A stretch of 35,203 bases of DNA. Origin: Neocallimastix sp. 'constans' (Eukaryota). A program made the translations under genes and the position numbers. How positions within the stretch are numbered: the first letter of the stretch is position 1; every line of letters begins with the position of its first letter. Where the stretch lies: positions 496,001-531,203 of the forward strand of contig JBODTK010000113.1 of NCBI GenBank assembly GCA_050613775.1, read 5' to 3'. This document shows, piece after piece, positions 1 through 17,068 of this stretch. Below the pieces are notes generated by a model. It was given only the letters and a program-made list of their open reading frames with translations, ran no database searches and was not told the origin of the DNA.

Positions 1-2701
1 AATAAAATAAATATAATAAAGCATTATTTAAATAAAATTTGATATATATTATTGAATAATAAATATTATTTCACTTTTGTTATATTATAAAATAAGCTAT
101 ATTTATATATATAACTGTAATACATATTATTCGATACTTATAGTGATACAATATTCTTTAATTTTTATTTCTATTTTGTTTCTCAATAAATAATAAATTA
201 TATATATATATATATATATAATTTTATATACAGTAATAATAATTACAAATAATATAGAACATAAAATAATGAATTACGAATAACGAATAATTAAAATATA
301 TTTATTGATATGTTATTAAAAAAACAATTATGAATTATTACATTAATTTCACAAGATTTTAATAATTAATAAGGAAATTATTAAATAAAATATATAATTA
401 CAACAAAAAATACAACTATATATATATAAATTTAAAATATTATAAATATATATATATTAAAAGTTAAGTAAAATCTTAAAATATTATAAGAGTTTATTTA
501 AATAAATTAATTTATATATTTATGGTATTATGATTGTTTTTTGTTTTCTTTTTATTATTTGTTTAAATATTAAAAAACAAAAATAGAAAAAAAAAATTAA
601 AATACTAGAGACCATAAATTTTAATATTGATTATAAACTAACCCATAGAATATTTCAAATTAGTCTCCTTATTTTTAAATAAAAAAAAAAAAAAAAAAAA
701 AAAGGAAAAAAAAATATTTTATAGTTTTTTTTTTTTATTTTTTCTTTTTTTTTTTTGAGTTCTTTTAATACAATAATTTTTAAAATTTAAATAAAACATT
801 TCAATCATTCCAATTGAAATTAATATAAAATATAAACAATATATACGTATAACAATGTATATAATTATTATATTTATTCTATTATAAATATATATATTAT
901 TTATTTTTATACTATTACATATATAATAATATATATTGTTTATATTCTATTTTATACAAATAATGTGTATGTATATTATATATATTCATATGTTTTATGT
1001 TTTTTAAATAACTCAAATATAATATTACATAAATATATAGAAATTTAAATGAATAATAATTGGCAGTCCTATTATGAAAAGTTTATTATTTATACATTAA
1101 TATATTAACTATTAAAAAATATATATATTTTCATAATATATAATAATTTAACTCTATTATTTTTATTTATCTTTATCTTTATTATATTTTTTAATTTTAT
1201 TTATTTTTTTTTTTTTAATCATTATTTATATTTTTTTTAATTCAAATATTCATTTATACTTTTTTTAATTTTAATTTTAATTTTAATTTTAACCATTTTT
1301 AAAAATATCCTTATTTTATTTATATTTAAATTTATATTTGTTATTACTGAATATTTTAGTTAATAATTTTTTTTTTTAACATATGTTATATAATTTTATA
1401 TCTTCTAAATAGTACTTTTTATATAATTATTATTATTATTTAAAAGTATCATACAATTATTAATATTCATCCTATTTATAATTAATTATTCTTTTATTAT
1501 TAATAAATATATTCTAACATTACAAATTAGGTAAGTCAAAAATTTGATAATTATTTTATTTAATATTATTAAAGTTAAAATTAATATTTTTTAATATTTT
1601 TCCTTTTTTTTAAAAAATATATTTTCAATTAAATATTATTTTTTCATCTTTTTTTTTTTAAATTTTTATTATTATTATTATAAATATTTTTCTTTTCAAT
1701 ATTAATTTTTATATATATTATATTTGAATAATATAATATATTAATAATATAATCCAATATAATATCTGAAAGAGTATACCAAAATTTATAATATTTTATT
1801 TTATAGTTATTTCTAATAATTTTAAAAAATAGTTAAATAATGAATTTATATATATATATAAAATAAGCTTTTATTTTTTATTACATCTATATGATCAAAA
1901 AATATATATATATATATATATATTTAGAAGTACGATTTTCTTCTTTTTATATATATATATATTTATTAATTTTAAATAAAAAAAATATTTTAAACATATA
2001 TGATTAAAATACAAAATTATATATCAATTTTTTTTATATATCTATTTACTTAATATAAAAAAAATACAATAATTTGTTAAAAGGAATTTCAATTTATTTT
2101 TTAAATTTGTCTTTTTTTATAGGACATTTAAAATAAAGCAATAATCATAATTAGCTAATATTGTGTATTGCGTATTTTGTGTATTTTGTGTATTTATTGT
2201 TTTCAATAATTTAGATTTCAGTATAATTTTAAGAAAAAATTAAAAAAAAATATATATATATAAAAATAAAATAAATTAAATAGAATAGCTTATATATAAT
2301 AAATTATATTATTAATATAAAAAAAGTACAATAATTATTCATATAATATACATTCATATAATATACATATATAAACATAATTTTTTTTGTCTATTGCTTA
2401 TATCTATATAATAAATATTTTATACTTTGCATATATTATTATATTATTTTAATATTTAATATAAAGTTGTAATTGTACATTATAAAATTTTAAAATTCAC
2501 TTATTGGAAATGTTCAATTAACTGAATAAAATTTCTCAAAAAGAGAGATATGATTTAAAAAAATATATAAAATAATATATATATATTATAATTTAGTAAA
2601 TATTAAAAAAATAATTTGCAGATAGTCTTAATAATGAAAATTTAATAATTATATTTTTTTATCAATAATACCATAACATCATAACATAATAATTATATTG
2701 C

Positions 2702-2732
<31 letters not shown>

Positions 2733-2942
2733 GCTCGAATTTTTCAAAATAAATATATATAAGAATAATTTGTAATCATTTTTTAATGGATTGAAATAGA
2801 CAAATAAATTAAAAATAATAAAAAAAATAAAATAAAATAAATAAAAAGTAAAATAATTAAAATAAAAAAGAAAAAAAGTATTCATAATATATATTATGTA
2901 TTTATTTTAATGTATAATACATTTAAAACATAAATAAATATT

Positions 2943-2973
<31 letters not shown>

Positions 2974-4075
2974 ATGACAATTATAAATAAATATTCAAAA
3001 AAAATATTATTGCCTTATTTAATAAAGAATATAAAAATAATAATGCTTTTAATATTTTTGACCCAAATTTTGAAACCAATACTTCTAATAAGATATACTA
3101 CTTTAATTGGATTAAATATAATTTTCATATATAGTTTACTTACACAGAAAATAATATCAAGTAAAGAAATCAAAATTTCAAAGGAAAATAAAAAAAGGAA
3201 TAAGACGAAAGTTATATTAGAAGAAAAATTTAAATTAATTATAGTAATCTTTTGTAATGCATTTTTTTTACTCTTTTTATATAAATTTAAATACTTAATA
3301 CCTATTTCATCAATAAATAAAAATATATTCTACTATTTAATAAGCCCTTGCTTTTTAATACAAACAAAAATTTTAAGTAGTTCCACAAAAATTCCATTAA
3401 TATGTATAATAAATTGTATACAATATATTACTAGTTGCATAATAAATTGTTTAACATTTTTCATTTCAATATTAAAACTACAACTACCATTATTGTTTTG
3501 TATAATATTAATATTAATAATAATAAAATCAAAGCATTCCAAAAAAAGAAATTTAAAATTAATGTTTATGACTTTGTTATTGATAATAAATTGTCAAAAA
3601 CCAATATCTTATGAAATCATCAATAAAAATTCAAATTATATAAAAGATAAATATTTTGCTTCAATTAATAAAAACATTTTAAATACCATAAATAATATAT
3701 CATTTTTATCAAATATATTTTTAAATAAATTTTTTAATTATAACCCATTAATTATATTACTTCCTTTTTTTAATTTACCCGCGGTAAAATCAGAAAATGT
3801 CTCAAATGATATAAATAGTGTTGTCAATACTGAAAAAGATTATAATAATGGTATTATTATTGATAAAACCATTATTAAAGAAGACATTGGTAAATAGTTT
3901 TAATAAATAAATAAATAAATAGAGTAGAATAATTAAATCATTTATGGAACCATATATGAAGTATAATTTTAATATATTATTGAATTGAAGTTCTTAACAC
4001 TTTTTTTTTTTTTTTTTTTTGAATGTTATTACTAAAAAAATTATTATATTTATTAATTGTATCATAATAAAAAAA

Positions 4076-4163
<88 letters not shown>

Positions 4164-7100
4164 CCTAAATAAAAAAGAATTGACACTTCAATCACAATGC
4201 TTAGAACAAAATAGAATTTTTCTCTCTGAGCAAGATTATGATGTTAAATTTGACTTGATTTTGAGTAATCCTCCATCATCATATATAAATATTACTTTTG
4301 TTAATGATAAACCCGATCTTTTTGAAATTCAACCAGAATATATTTTTTATAAAAATGCTTATTATTCTGTGACTTCAACAAATAATACAGTAACATTACT
4401 TGAAAATAATTATAATTTAACCCAGCATTTTACAGTGAAAACTTTAAAGGATCATGGAAACTCAAAACTTAAATTTATTATTGATACTGATTTAGAAATT
4501 ATTAATGAAAGTAAAGGCATTTTACAAATTAATACAATTGAAAATAACGGAAGATTATTATTAGATAAATCCTTAAGTAATTCATTGGAATTAAGAGCAA
4601 CTTCTTCAAATATTGGAACGTTAAATATTTGTTTAATTTTATGGGTGGTATTATTCATGTTTTCCATGGGAATATCCTTTTCAGGAAGTAGGTTTATATA
4701 ATAATATATTATATATGTAAAAAGAAAAACAATTATTATTTTTGTTGAAACTTTATATATCATAGTATAATATAAAATATGTTCTTAATTAATTAATTTT
4801 ATGTAATTTATGAAATTTATGAAATTTATGAAATTTATGAAATTTATGTCAAAAAAATATTTTATATAATATGCTAGATACTTTAAAAGGTTTATATAAA
4901 TGGAAAAGATTAAAACCGTTCATTTGTGGTTACATATGTCAATTAATCATTAATCCCCTTGTTGGTAAAAATCAAAAATTTTAATTTTGAAAATTTAATA
5001 TATAAATAATTATATATCATTAAAAATAATTTATATATATACACATTATATATATTTATATTTTATATATGTATTTTATTTTATGTTTTATATATGTTTG
5101 ATATATACTCATTCATTCATATTTTAATAAAATTTTTAAATCAATATTCTACAAATCAATTATTAAGCTTACGTATTAACACAAATATTTAAATTATCCG
5201 ATTATGTTTCTCTTGGTGTTATTATTGTAGCTGCAAGTCCGGGTTCATTTATAGCTCCTGTATTAACATATTATTTGGGAGGTGACCGAGCTTTATCGGT
5301 AGGATTATGTTTAGTAGCTGCGATATTAGGTAATTTCACTTTTCCATTTGTCATATGGTTATTTTGCTTAGTGATGAATATTAGAATTGAAACATATATT
5401 CCTGTAAGTACCCAATGAAAAAAAATAATAATGATGATGATGATAATAATAATAATTAAAAGTAGTTAATAATATCAATATCAATAAATATTTAATAATA
5501 ATAATAATAATATATATTTAAATATTATAATAAATAATGATGATGATAAGATTTGGCAAACATTTACTTTAACAGCAACACAAATAATTCCATTGGGTAT
5601 GGGATGTTTAGTTTTGCATTTTAAGCCCTGTTGGGCTTCAAGACTACAAAAAGGATGTCCTTTATGGGCAACTGCTATTATTTTAACTAGTTTAATTACA
5701 TCTTTTAAGAATTACGGTCAAATTTTTATTGATCGATGGGAAACATATTCTATGCCAATTATAATGGGTATAATCAGTTATATTATTGGATTTATTATCC
5801 CAAGAACTTTTGGATTAAATAATCAGCAGGTAAGAGCTATTTGTTTTAATACTGGGTTACAGAATTCACCGTTAGCTCTCGTAGTAATTCAAGTATTAGG
5901 TACGCCAAGTTGTAGTCAAATGATATCCTTAGTTCCTTTACATCACTCTTTATGGACTGTCATAGAAGGTTTTATTGTTGGTATTGCTATGTTTTTCTTT
6001 TTCCCAACAACGGTAAAACCTATTGTTGAAAATTCAGAATATCTAGCTACAGTCGGTAAAACAAAGGAAAAAAAGATGGTATCATTAAAAGAAAATGGAA
6101 AAGACAGTAGCTCTAATTCTAATGATATATCATTAGGGGACACAATTAATGTTTTAGATATTTCAGATATTAATATTCAACAAAACTTTGTTCCAAATAA
6201 CATAAATGAAAACGATATCAGTAATAATAAAATCAAAAACAATAATAACAATAGCAATAACATTAATGATAATATAATTAATAATAATAATAATAATAAT
6301 ACCAATACTAGAAATGTAAATAATAGTCATAATTTGGCATCCTCTGAAATGATAAAAACTACGAAAAATAAAAAATTAGCATATCCACCTTCTCCAACAC
6401 CAACTTCATTTTCAGAAAAAATATTTAGAAAAGGCAGTATAAATAGTCGCAGTTCACGCTCCACTCTCACCCAGACTCATTTAAAACTTAATAAAACATA
6501 TAATAAACAATTAAGTCATAGTGAAACTACATCCCCTGTGAATAAAAGTATTGGAACTAATAATAATAGTTTAACACCAACTTTAAAAGTGTCTTCGATA
6601 TATAAACAACATATAAATAATAGTGTCAATACTTTTAATTTAAATATTAATGATTCATCCCATTTAATGCCTAACTCTTCCTCTAGTAGCAATAAATCTA
6701 ATTCAGATTTAGGTATTGAAATTATTGATATTGGTGATGACGATGACGATGATGACGATGATGACGACGATGATAATGATATTGGCATTTATGAGGATCA
6801 TAAATTAAATAGCTTAAATAATAATAATAGTAGTCATGGTCATAATCATAATCACAGTAATAATCATAATCATGGTAATAGTCATAATAAAAGTCATCTT
6901 AACAATAAAAGCCATAGTATTCATAGCAAAGATAATAAAGAATATACTGAGCCTACAACTAAAAATAATGATTATTTAAATGTACCAACTATTTTTATCC
7001 AAAACATGAATAATGAATCCTCTCCACCAATAAAGGCATATTCTCCACATCTTAAACCATCAAGTATTCATTCCTATCATAGAAGTGATGATAAAAGTCC

Positions 7101-7198
7101 AATAAATTCCAAAAATCTATCCAATAATTATAATACTAGTAATAATAGCAATGATAATGATAATGGCAATAAAAATAATGATAATGATAATAATAATG

Positions 7199-7237
<39 letters not shown>

Positions 7238-8151
7238 CTTCAAATATGGAAATAACTGAAAAAAATGAATATAATAGAAACTTTACCATAATTCAACCTT
7301 CCATTGAAACTAATTCAGATGTTAATAAAAATTATATTAATGATGAAAAGGATTTATCTGATATAACTAACTCTGATAATAATGACAATAATAGAAATAA
7401 ATCCAGTAATAAAAGTACTAAAGAAAGTAATGCTATCAATGATAGTCCAAAAAATAGATTTACTAATAGTATTCGTCAAAAGAAAATAACACAAATGATG
7501 AATAAATATTTACCATTAGTATTTAAAAAACAATTATCAAATAATAATTTGGATATATCTTCTTCGAATCCATTGCCATCAACATCTATTCATAATGATA
7601 ATTTTAATAGTGCAAATGTCATACGTAAAGCATATTGTGATTTAAGTAAAGACAATAGTAATTCTAGTATTAATAGTCAATCTAAAGCTATTATTAATAT
7701 GAATTCCTATAATGAAAAGTCTCCACTGGATTCTGAACATGCAAGTCAAGATGTTGAGTTTAAATCCATAAATTCAAACAATAACCATTTTAATAGCTTG
7801 AAAAAAAATAAAGATACTAACTCTTTAGAAAACGATCAAATTAAGATAAATGAATCAATGGATTCACTTGACTTTATAAATTTTACTACCAATGATATCA
7901 CGAACTATAGTAATCATAGTTCTATTATTAAAACTTCATCCAAGAAAAATTTTCTGTTTCAGCGTACAGATACGATGCTTACCTATGAAACAGCTTATTC
8001 CTCTATATTTAAATATGATATAAAAGAAAAGGATATAGTAAGTAATAATCACAATCATATTCTTAGTAATAGTCATAGTCATAATCATAGTCATGGTAAT
8101 AATGAGGAAGATGATAGTTTCAAAGATTGTTCTCATGAATTTCAAAAGTGA
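2974..8151 (+). CDS. Sodium/bile acid symporter family (SBF/SLC10-like) membrane protein with an N-terminal extension and a long Asn/Ser/His-rich C-terminal tail; exons 2974-3889, 4178-4687, 4878-4964, 5168-5403, 5551-8151
   Basis: Phase-consistent GT-AG splicing gives LFMFSMGISFSG-NTLKGLYKWKRLKPFICGYICQLIINPLV-AYVL...GVIIVAASPGSFIAPVLTYYLGGDRALSV...RAICFNTGLQNSPLA. These match the SBF motifs MF.MG, G...QF...PL, CPGG..SN...GD..LSV and ETG.QN. The true start codon within exon 1 is uncertain. Confidence 0.85.
4081..4163. repeat. (AAT)n microsatellite inside intron 1 of the SBF gene
   Basis: Uninterrupted ataataata run immediately upstream of the acceptor at 4176-4177; it produces the spurious poly-I and poly-L ORF segments. 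Confidence 0.95.
4803..4848. repeat. 9-bp tandem repeat (aaatttatg), about 5 copies, intronic
   Basis: gtaatttatgaaatttatgaaatttatgaaatttatgaaatttatg, read directly. Confidence 0.85.
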
Positions 8152-8462
8152 ATTAGAATTCTTTTAATATTCAAAATAATCAATTGAAAATAAAAGAAGA
8201 AAAAATAATAAAAACAAACAAACGAACAAAAAAAAAATAAGAAAAAAAATTATAAAATTTTATTACTTTTTGTTTATTTATATGGTTGTTTTTTTCTATT
8301 TTCAATATTTTTTATATATTTATGATATATAATTATATATCAAATATCAATTAAGAATAGGGTATTTTATGACATTTATTAAAAAGAAGTTTAAAAAAAA
8401 AGTTTTTTTTTTTTAATAAAAAATAATTATATATTTATTATTTTTTTTTCTTAATTAATAAT

Positions 8463-8534
<72 letters not shown>

Positions 8535-9163
8535 ATTATTATTATTATTTTTTTTTTTTTTTTTTTTTTTTATTTTATTTTATTTTATTTTATTTTATTA
8601 TATATATATATATATATATATATTTTAATAAAAAAAAAATATAGAATAAAAAAAAAAATACAATAAAATAATAGAGCATCATATATTATCTATTTTTAAA
8701 AAAATAATATATATTAATTTCATATAAAATAATATTGACTTATTAAGATTTATATGTTTAATTATTTCAAATAGATTTATTGAATAAAGAAAAACAAAAT
8801 ATTTTAAATAGATTTATTTTACGACTTTTTAAAAAAAAAAAAAAAAACACTGATCATATATTATAATTAGTCTTATTTTGTTTTGTTTTTGCTTTTATTT
8901 TTGTCTTTAGAAATATTATATAATAATAAATATTGATATAAAATATTTGATTTTATAATTATTTAATAAATGAAATGAAATAAAAAAAAAAAAAGGATAT
9001 TTAAATATAAAAAATAATAAAATATTGATATAGTTTGATATAAATAGATCAATCGAAATAAAATCATCTTTGAGTTACATATATATATTTTTTTTGATAA
9101 ATTAAAAAAAAAAAATTTCTTTTATAATTCTCATTTATTGGTTAATATAATTTTATTAACTTG

Positions 9164-9205
<42 letters not shown>

Positions 9206-9225
9206 ATAAAAAATAATAGAAAAAA

Positions 9226-11791
<2,566 letters not shown>

Positions 11792-12113
11792 GTTTTATAA
11801 AAACTACTGAATTAATCAATTTAAAATTAAATAAAATTAGAATTATTAATAAATCAATTAATGATATAAAATTAAATCAATAAAATATAAAATAATAATA
11901 ATTTAATTTAATAATTATTATATTAATATTAATTGATTTATTAATATAAATAAGTTTACTATAATATAAAATAATTAGCATATTATAATATCATCAAATA
12001 AATATTTATTAAATAAGTATTAATCTATTTTTATTTTAATTTTTCTTATTAATACTATATATTCACAATCAAATAAAAATTATAATGAAGGGAAATGAAA
12101 CATATCTAATTTT

Positions 12114-12147
<34 letters not shown>

Positions 12148-12282
12148 CATACATAGTAATTATATAAAAATTAAATATCATATTTTTTATTTTCACATAC
12201 ATTTAAAACATATAATACTATATTATTTTATATAAATATATATTACTATAGAATGAATTTTTAAATAAATAAATACATTAAT

Positions 12283-12315
<33 letters not shown>

Positions 12316-12497
12316 TATAAAACAAATAAAATTAACAAAATAAAATATATTAAATAAAACCAAATAAAAAATAAAATAAAAAATAAAAAAAAAAAAAACT
12401 TATTTTCCTTTTCTCTCATATTAATTATTATATTATATTTTATTATGATTATTATTATTACAATATTATATTATTAAATATTTTAAATTAATTATTC

Positions 12498-12540
<43 letters not shown>

Positions 12541-12867
12541 AATGATTAATCCTATTAAACTAAAGCTTTTTCTTTCCTTATTTTCAATAAAAATAAGCAT
12601 TATTTTTATAAACTAATATTAAATTTAATTGTTCAGTTTCTATTTGTCATAAAAAAAAAAGTGTATTGAAAAATTATATAAAAATAAAATGAAAATTATA
12701 CAAGTATTATTATATTTATAAAATAATAATAAAAAATTTAAAAAATAAAAAAAATAAAATTAAAATAAAGATTAAAATAATTAAAAACTATTTTTTTTCT
12801 TCTAGAAAGAATAATAAATATAATATTTTTTAATTTTAAAATTAAAAACTATTTATCCATCATAACT

Positions 12868-12916
<49 letters not shown>

Positions 12917-13409
12917 TAAAAAGTCGTATTATTATTATAATATATATATCCTATATTTTATTTTTCCTTTTTTTCTACTTTCTTTTTATTGTTAATTTAT
13001 TGATCTCTTAAATATTTTGATATTAATAAATTTTTTTTTATTTTTTTTTCCCTTTACTGTTATTGAAATATTAATATTTTTAAAGGTTTAGTTTTTATTA
13101 AATAAATTTTGTTTTATTTATTTTATTATTATTATTATTATTTGTTTGTTTGTTTGTTTGTTTGTTTATTTGTTTATTTATTTATTTTATTAAGTATTTT
13201 TTTTAAATAAAAAAAAATTAAATTTTATTGAATTTTTTAATATTTTTATTTATTTATTTATTTATTAATTTACTATTATCATTATTTAAAATTATATTTA
13301 TTCATTATTATTTTTATTACTTTTTTTTCTATATTATTAATGATAATTAAAAAAATATATATATATTTTTTTATTCATTTTTTTTTTCTTATTTAAATTT
13401 TCATTTATC

Positions 13410-14684
13410 TTATTCATCTTTTTTCAAGTCTTCTGGTTTAACTTCAGCTTCACTACTACTAATGTATTCTTGTGATGATGATTGTTTCATTGCTTCAGCA
13501 TCTTCATCACCAAAGCCCCAAAGTGGTTCAAAGGATTCAATAAAACCAACATCGGCGAAAAGATTTGGGAATAACCATATTGAACGCTTGCAAACAAGAA
13601 GAGAAACTAAGTAAAGAATGAAACGGAAGATAACCATAATGAAGAAAGCAACCATTACCCACATCAATGCAGATAATATATAGTAAGCACCCCTACGTAA
13701 TCTAGCTGGCCAGACTTGGAACATTACACCTGCAAGAACAATTAATAATATACCAAATCCTAAAAGAAGAGTCTTTAATTGAGAACCTTCGTAAATCCAT
13801 ACAAAGTAGAAATCATCATTAAAGTCTTGAATTTGGTTAAAAGTACATTGCTTGGAATGTGGAGTATGATTAACACGTAAAATTAAACCATAGTTAACTA
13901 ATTCTTTCATATATTCTGCTGCTTTTTCACGGTTATCGATAGTTGGTCTCTTCTTTGACTTACTATAAGCTTTTTTCATAAGAGCATGAGTAGCTGCCTT
14001 TCCTTTTATACATTAAAAATATATAAATTAAAATTTATTAATATATATCAACATTGAAATATCATGTATATCTTTTACGAAAATATTTGAATTATTAATT
14101 CAAAATTAAATATATAAGTATTAAATTATTATGTGTATTTTCAATTATCACTTTTAAATTATATTATACTATAATTATATAAAATTTAAACAAAACATTT
14201 AAAAATAAAATATATATATATATAAAATAATGAATATTCCATCTATCGTTTTAATTATGATAATAACAGAAATAATTTTTCTAATCTTAATACATAATAA
14301 ATTTGATAAAGAATTTTATAATATGTAATAATTAATATTAATTATAACGAACAATAATCTTTTATTCATCTACTATATTAACCTTTAAAGTAATCAACAC
14401 GACGACCATTTAAAATACCAGCTCTTGGCTTCATTTTAGATTCTGAAGAAAGAAGGTATTTGGCAATTTCCATAATATCCTTTGGAACTTTTGAGAAATC
14501 CGGCTATTATTCATAAAATTAATAATATTTATATATTGTTGTATAATACATATTTATAATTAATTTTATTAATTAAATATATTTATAAGGAAAATATTTT
14601 ATAATTGTTTTGGGAAAATATTTCTATTTATTATTCTTATTATTATTATTTATAATACATCATATTAATACTTACTGAAGACAT
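13410..14684 (-). CDS. SEC62: Translocation protein Sec62; exons (minus strand) 14684-14676, 14503-14383, 14002-13410
   Basis: Spliced product MSS-PDFSKVPKDIMEIAKYLL...GILNGRRVDYFK-GKAATHALM...YFVWIYEG...GVMFQVWP...WLFPNLFADVGFIESFEPLWG contains the Sec62 hallmark motifs and two TM helices. Confidence 0.95.
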
Positions 14685-15873
14685 TTTTTGCTATAATAAA
14701 TAAAACAATTAATTATATAATAATAAAAAATATATATATTAGTATATAATAATAAAATATTTAAAATGTTCATTCTAAACAATATATTATAAATTTAATA
14801 ATAAAAAATATTAATATCTATTAATATCAAATATTTATTTACTAATAAACTCATTTATCTATATATCTATATATTTATTTATTATCTATTAATCTATCAT
14901 TTATTTAATGTTTATTTCATGTTAAACTATAAAAACTAGATGAGTATATTTCATACCCATCAAACTATTAATTTTTTTACTAAATAAGTATTTATGACTT
15001 TATATTTAAACATCCTTAATTAAAATTTATTATATAACTTGTAAAATATTCTCATTTTTAATAATACCTACTTATTATTTATTTCAAATATTCTAAATAT
15101 TTATTTATTTATTTATTATTTAAAAATACTATTTATAAATATAAAATGAAAAAAAAAAAATGATTAAGAAAAAAAATTAAAATTATTAATAATAAATTAT
15201 AAAACTTAATTTTTATTAACAATTTATTAATGTTTAATAATTAATATATTTATATAATATATATTATTATTATAAAGGTTTAAATATATAATATACTACA
15301 AATACATTATAAAATAAATTAAATCTCGATGATTAAAGAACCTAAACAAATTAATTTAGTAAAATTTACCAAGCTAGTTAGTTGAGATGTAATAGTTTCC
15401 TTTTTTATTCTCTTATTAAAAAAAAAAGTGGAAGATATTCTAAAAATGTATATTTAGTATTTAAATAAATAAAGACAAAATAGTGAAATCTATTCATTAA
15501 AGGAAATGCTTCATATTAATAGAGAAACAATTTTATTTATTATTCTTTTATATAAAAAAAAAAAAAAAATAAAAATAAAAATAAAAATAAAAATAAAATT
15601 AAGAATGATAATTAGAATATATATAATATCAAAATAATGAAATTCATTTCATTAAAAGAATTTTTTTAAATTAATAAAGAACTTTTTCAACTATTTATAA
15701 ATTTTATTAAAAAAATTATCTAATTAGTTGTATAATTATGATATTTAATATTTAATATTCAATATTCTAACTTATAACGAAAAAAAAAAAAAAAAAAAAA
15801 TTAATATACTTTAAAATTCAAACTCCAATCCTAGTTTGATCAAAAAAAAAAAAGGAATATTAAAAATAAACTT

Positions 15874-17068
15874 TAAAATGTATTGAAGCATATTGTAATA
15901 TATTTAAGATATAAGCCACAATGTATTAAATATAATAACATTTAATCTAGATCAATAAATGTTATTTTCTTCATCATAAAATATATATTAATAAAGTTGA
16001 CATAATTATAAATCATAAATTCCTGACTCGTAAAAAGGTTTTTAGCAAAAGAATTGTTTGCTATTTACAATATTATGTTTAAGAAAAATAAATTGGAATT
16101 TTAAATTATGATAAAAGTTACTCATCATGTCAATTTAAGGAAGACCAATAAAACTTATCAAACATATGAAATGGTCAAGATTGAAAAATCGAAGAAACGC
16201 GTAAAATATAAAATGCTAGATAGAAAAGAATTATCTAAAATAAACAAACTCTTAAAATATAAAAATATTAATTTAATATTTAAGCATATAAGAACAAATA
16301 ATATATATTCATACACCTATAAAGACTCTTAATTGAAATTAAATTTGGTATTTTAACAAATAAATTCTGGGCTATTAATAATATACTGAATTAATACATA
16401 AAGGAATATACTACGTGATAAATTATTTCCAACTCAAGAATATACAAAATGCAATTTTAATAATATGCATTACTTACAAAGATTTAAGTAGTCATATAAT
16501 AATCAATAGTTTTTGTTAAACTACAAAAATATTATTTAAAGTATAATTATTTTAACGAGTGTTTATATATCTCAAACGCGTATATATATTAATAGTAATA
16601 ATGAAGGAGATTATATATCAAAGATCCCATACATATAATAATATAACATATTACATCCCAAATATTCAAGGGAAATTTAATACAATGGTAATTCCTAACG
16701 TTAAATGAATGCATTCTAACATTAATAGTATTAATAATGTAATAATATTGAATAATTGGTTTTTAGGGGGAAACTAATAGATTATTAATATTTTTAAGAA
16801 ATATGTAATATTTAAATCGAATTTAAAGAATTTATATAATGTAAAAATTATTTTATTCATATAAAATAAAAAAATTAGTTTAGAATAGAAACTAAAAACT
16901 AATAATTTAATAATAACAAGATAATTTTATTTACAAATATTCATCAATAAACAAATTTATACATTATAGTATAACTAGGGAATGAAAAAGTGAAATATAT
17001 ATGAAATATGTGTAAAATGTATTTAAAAATGTAATACATTATTATTAATATATAAGCCACAATGTATT
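15874..17068 (+). mobile_element. Putative decayed mobile element or pseudogene fragment bounded by an imperfect ~55-bp direct repeat
   Basis: Exact 19-mer atataagccacaatgtatt at 15909-15927 and 17050-17068, each preceded by taaaatgtatt...tgtaata. The interior is more complex than flanking DNA and holds only short broken ORFs (e.g. 16108-16332). No diagnostic transposase or RT motif recognised. Confidence 0.35.

Noticed and set aside
1..2973. Possible genes or RNAs in the 3-kb upstream region (donor-like gtaagt at 1531, acceptor-like atag near 2122)
   Set aside because: Near-pure AT low-complexity DNA with no ORF or tRNA/rRNA motif; the splice-like sites might be a 5'UTR intron but cannot be supported without transcripts.
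3977..4195. Poly-Leu ORF (-) and the poly-Ile N-terminus of ORF 4057-4701 (+)
   Set aside because: Artefacts of the intronic (AAT)n tract; the real exon starts at 4178.
3333..8145. Short minus-strand ORFs at 3333-3542, 4452-4763, 5943-6143, 6516-6788 and 7936-8145
   Set aside because: They overlap exons of the plus-strand SBF gene and have no independent motifs.
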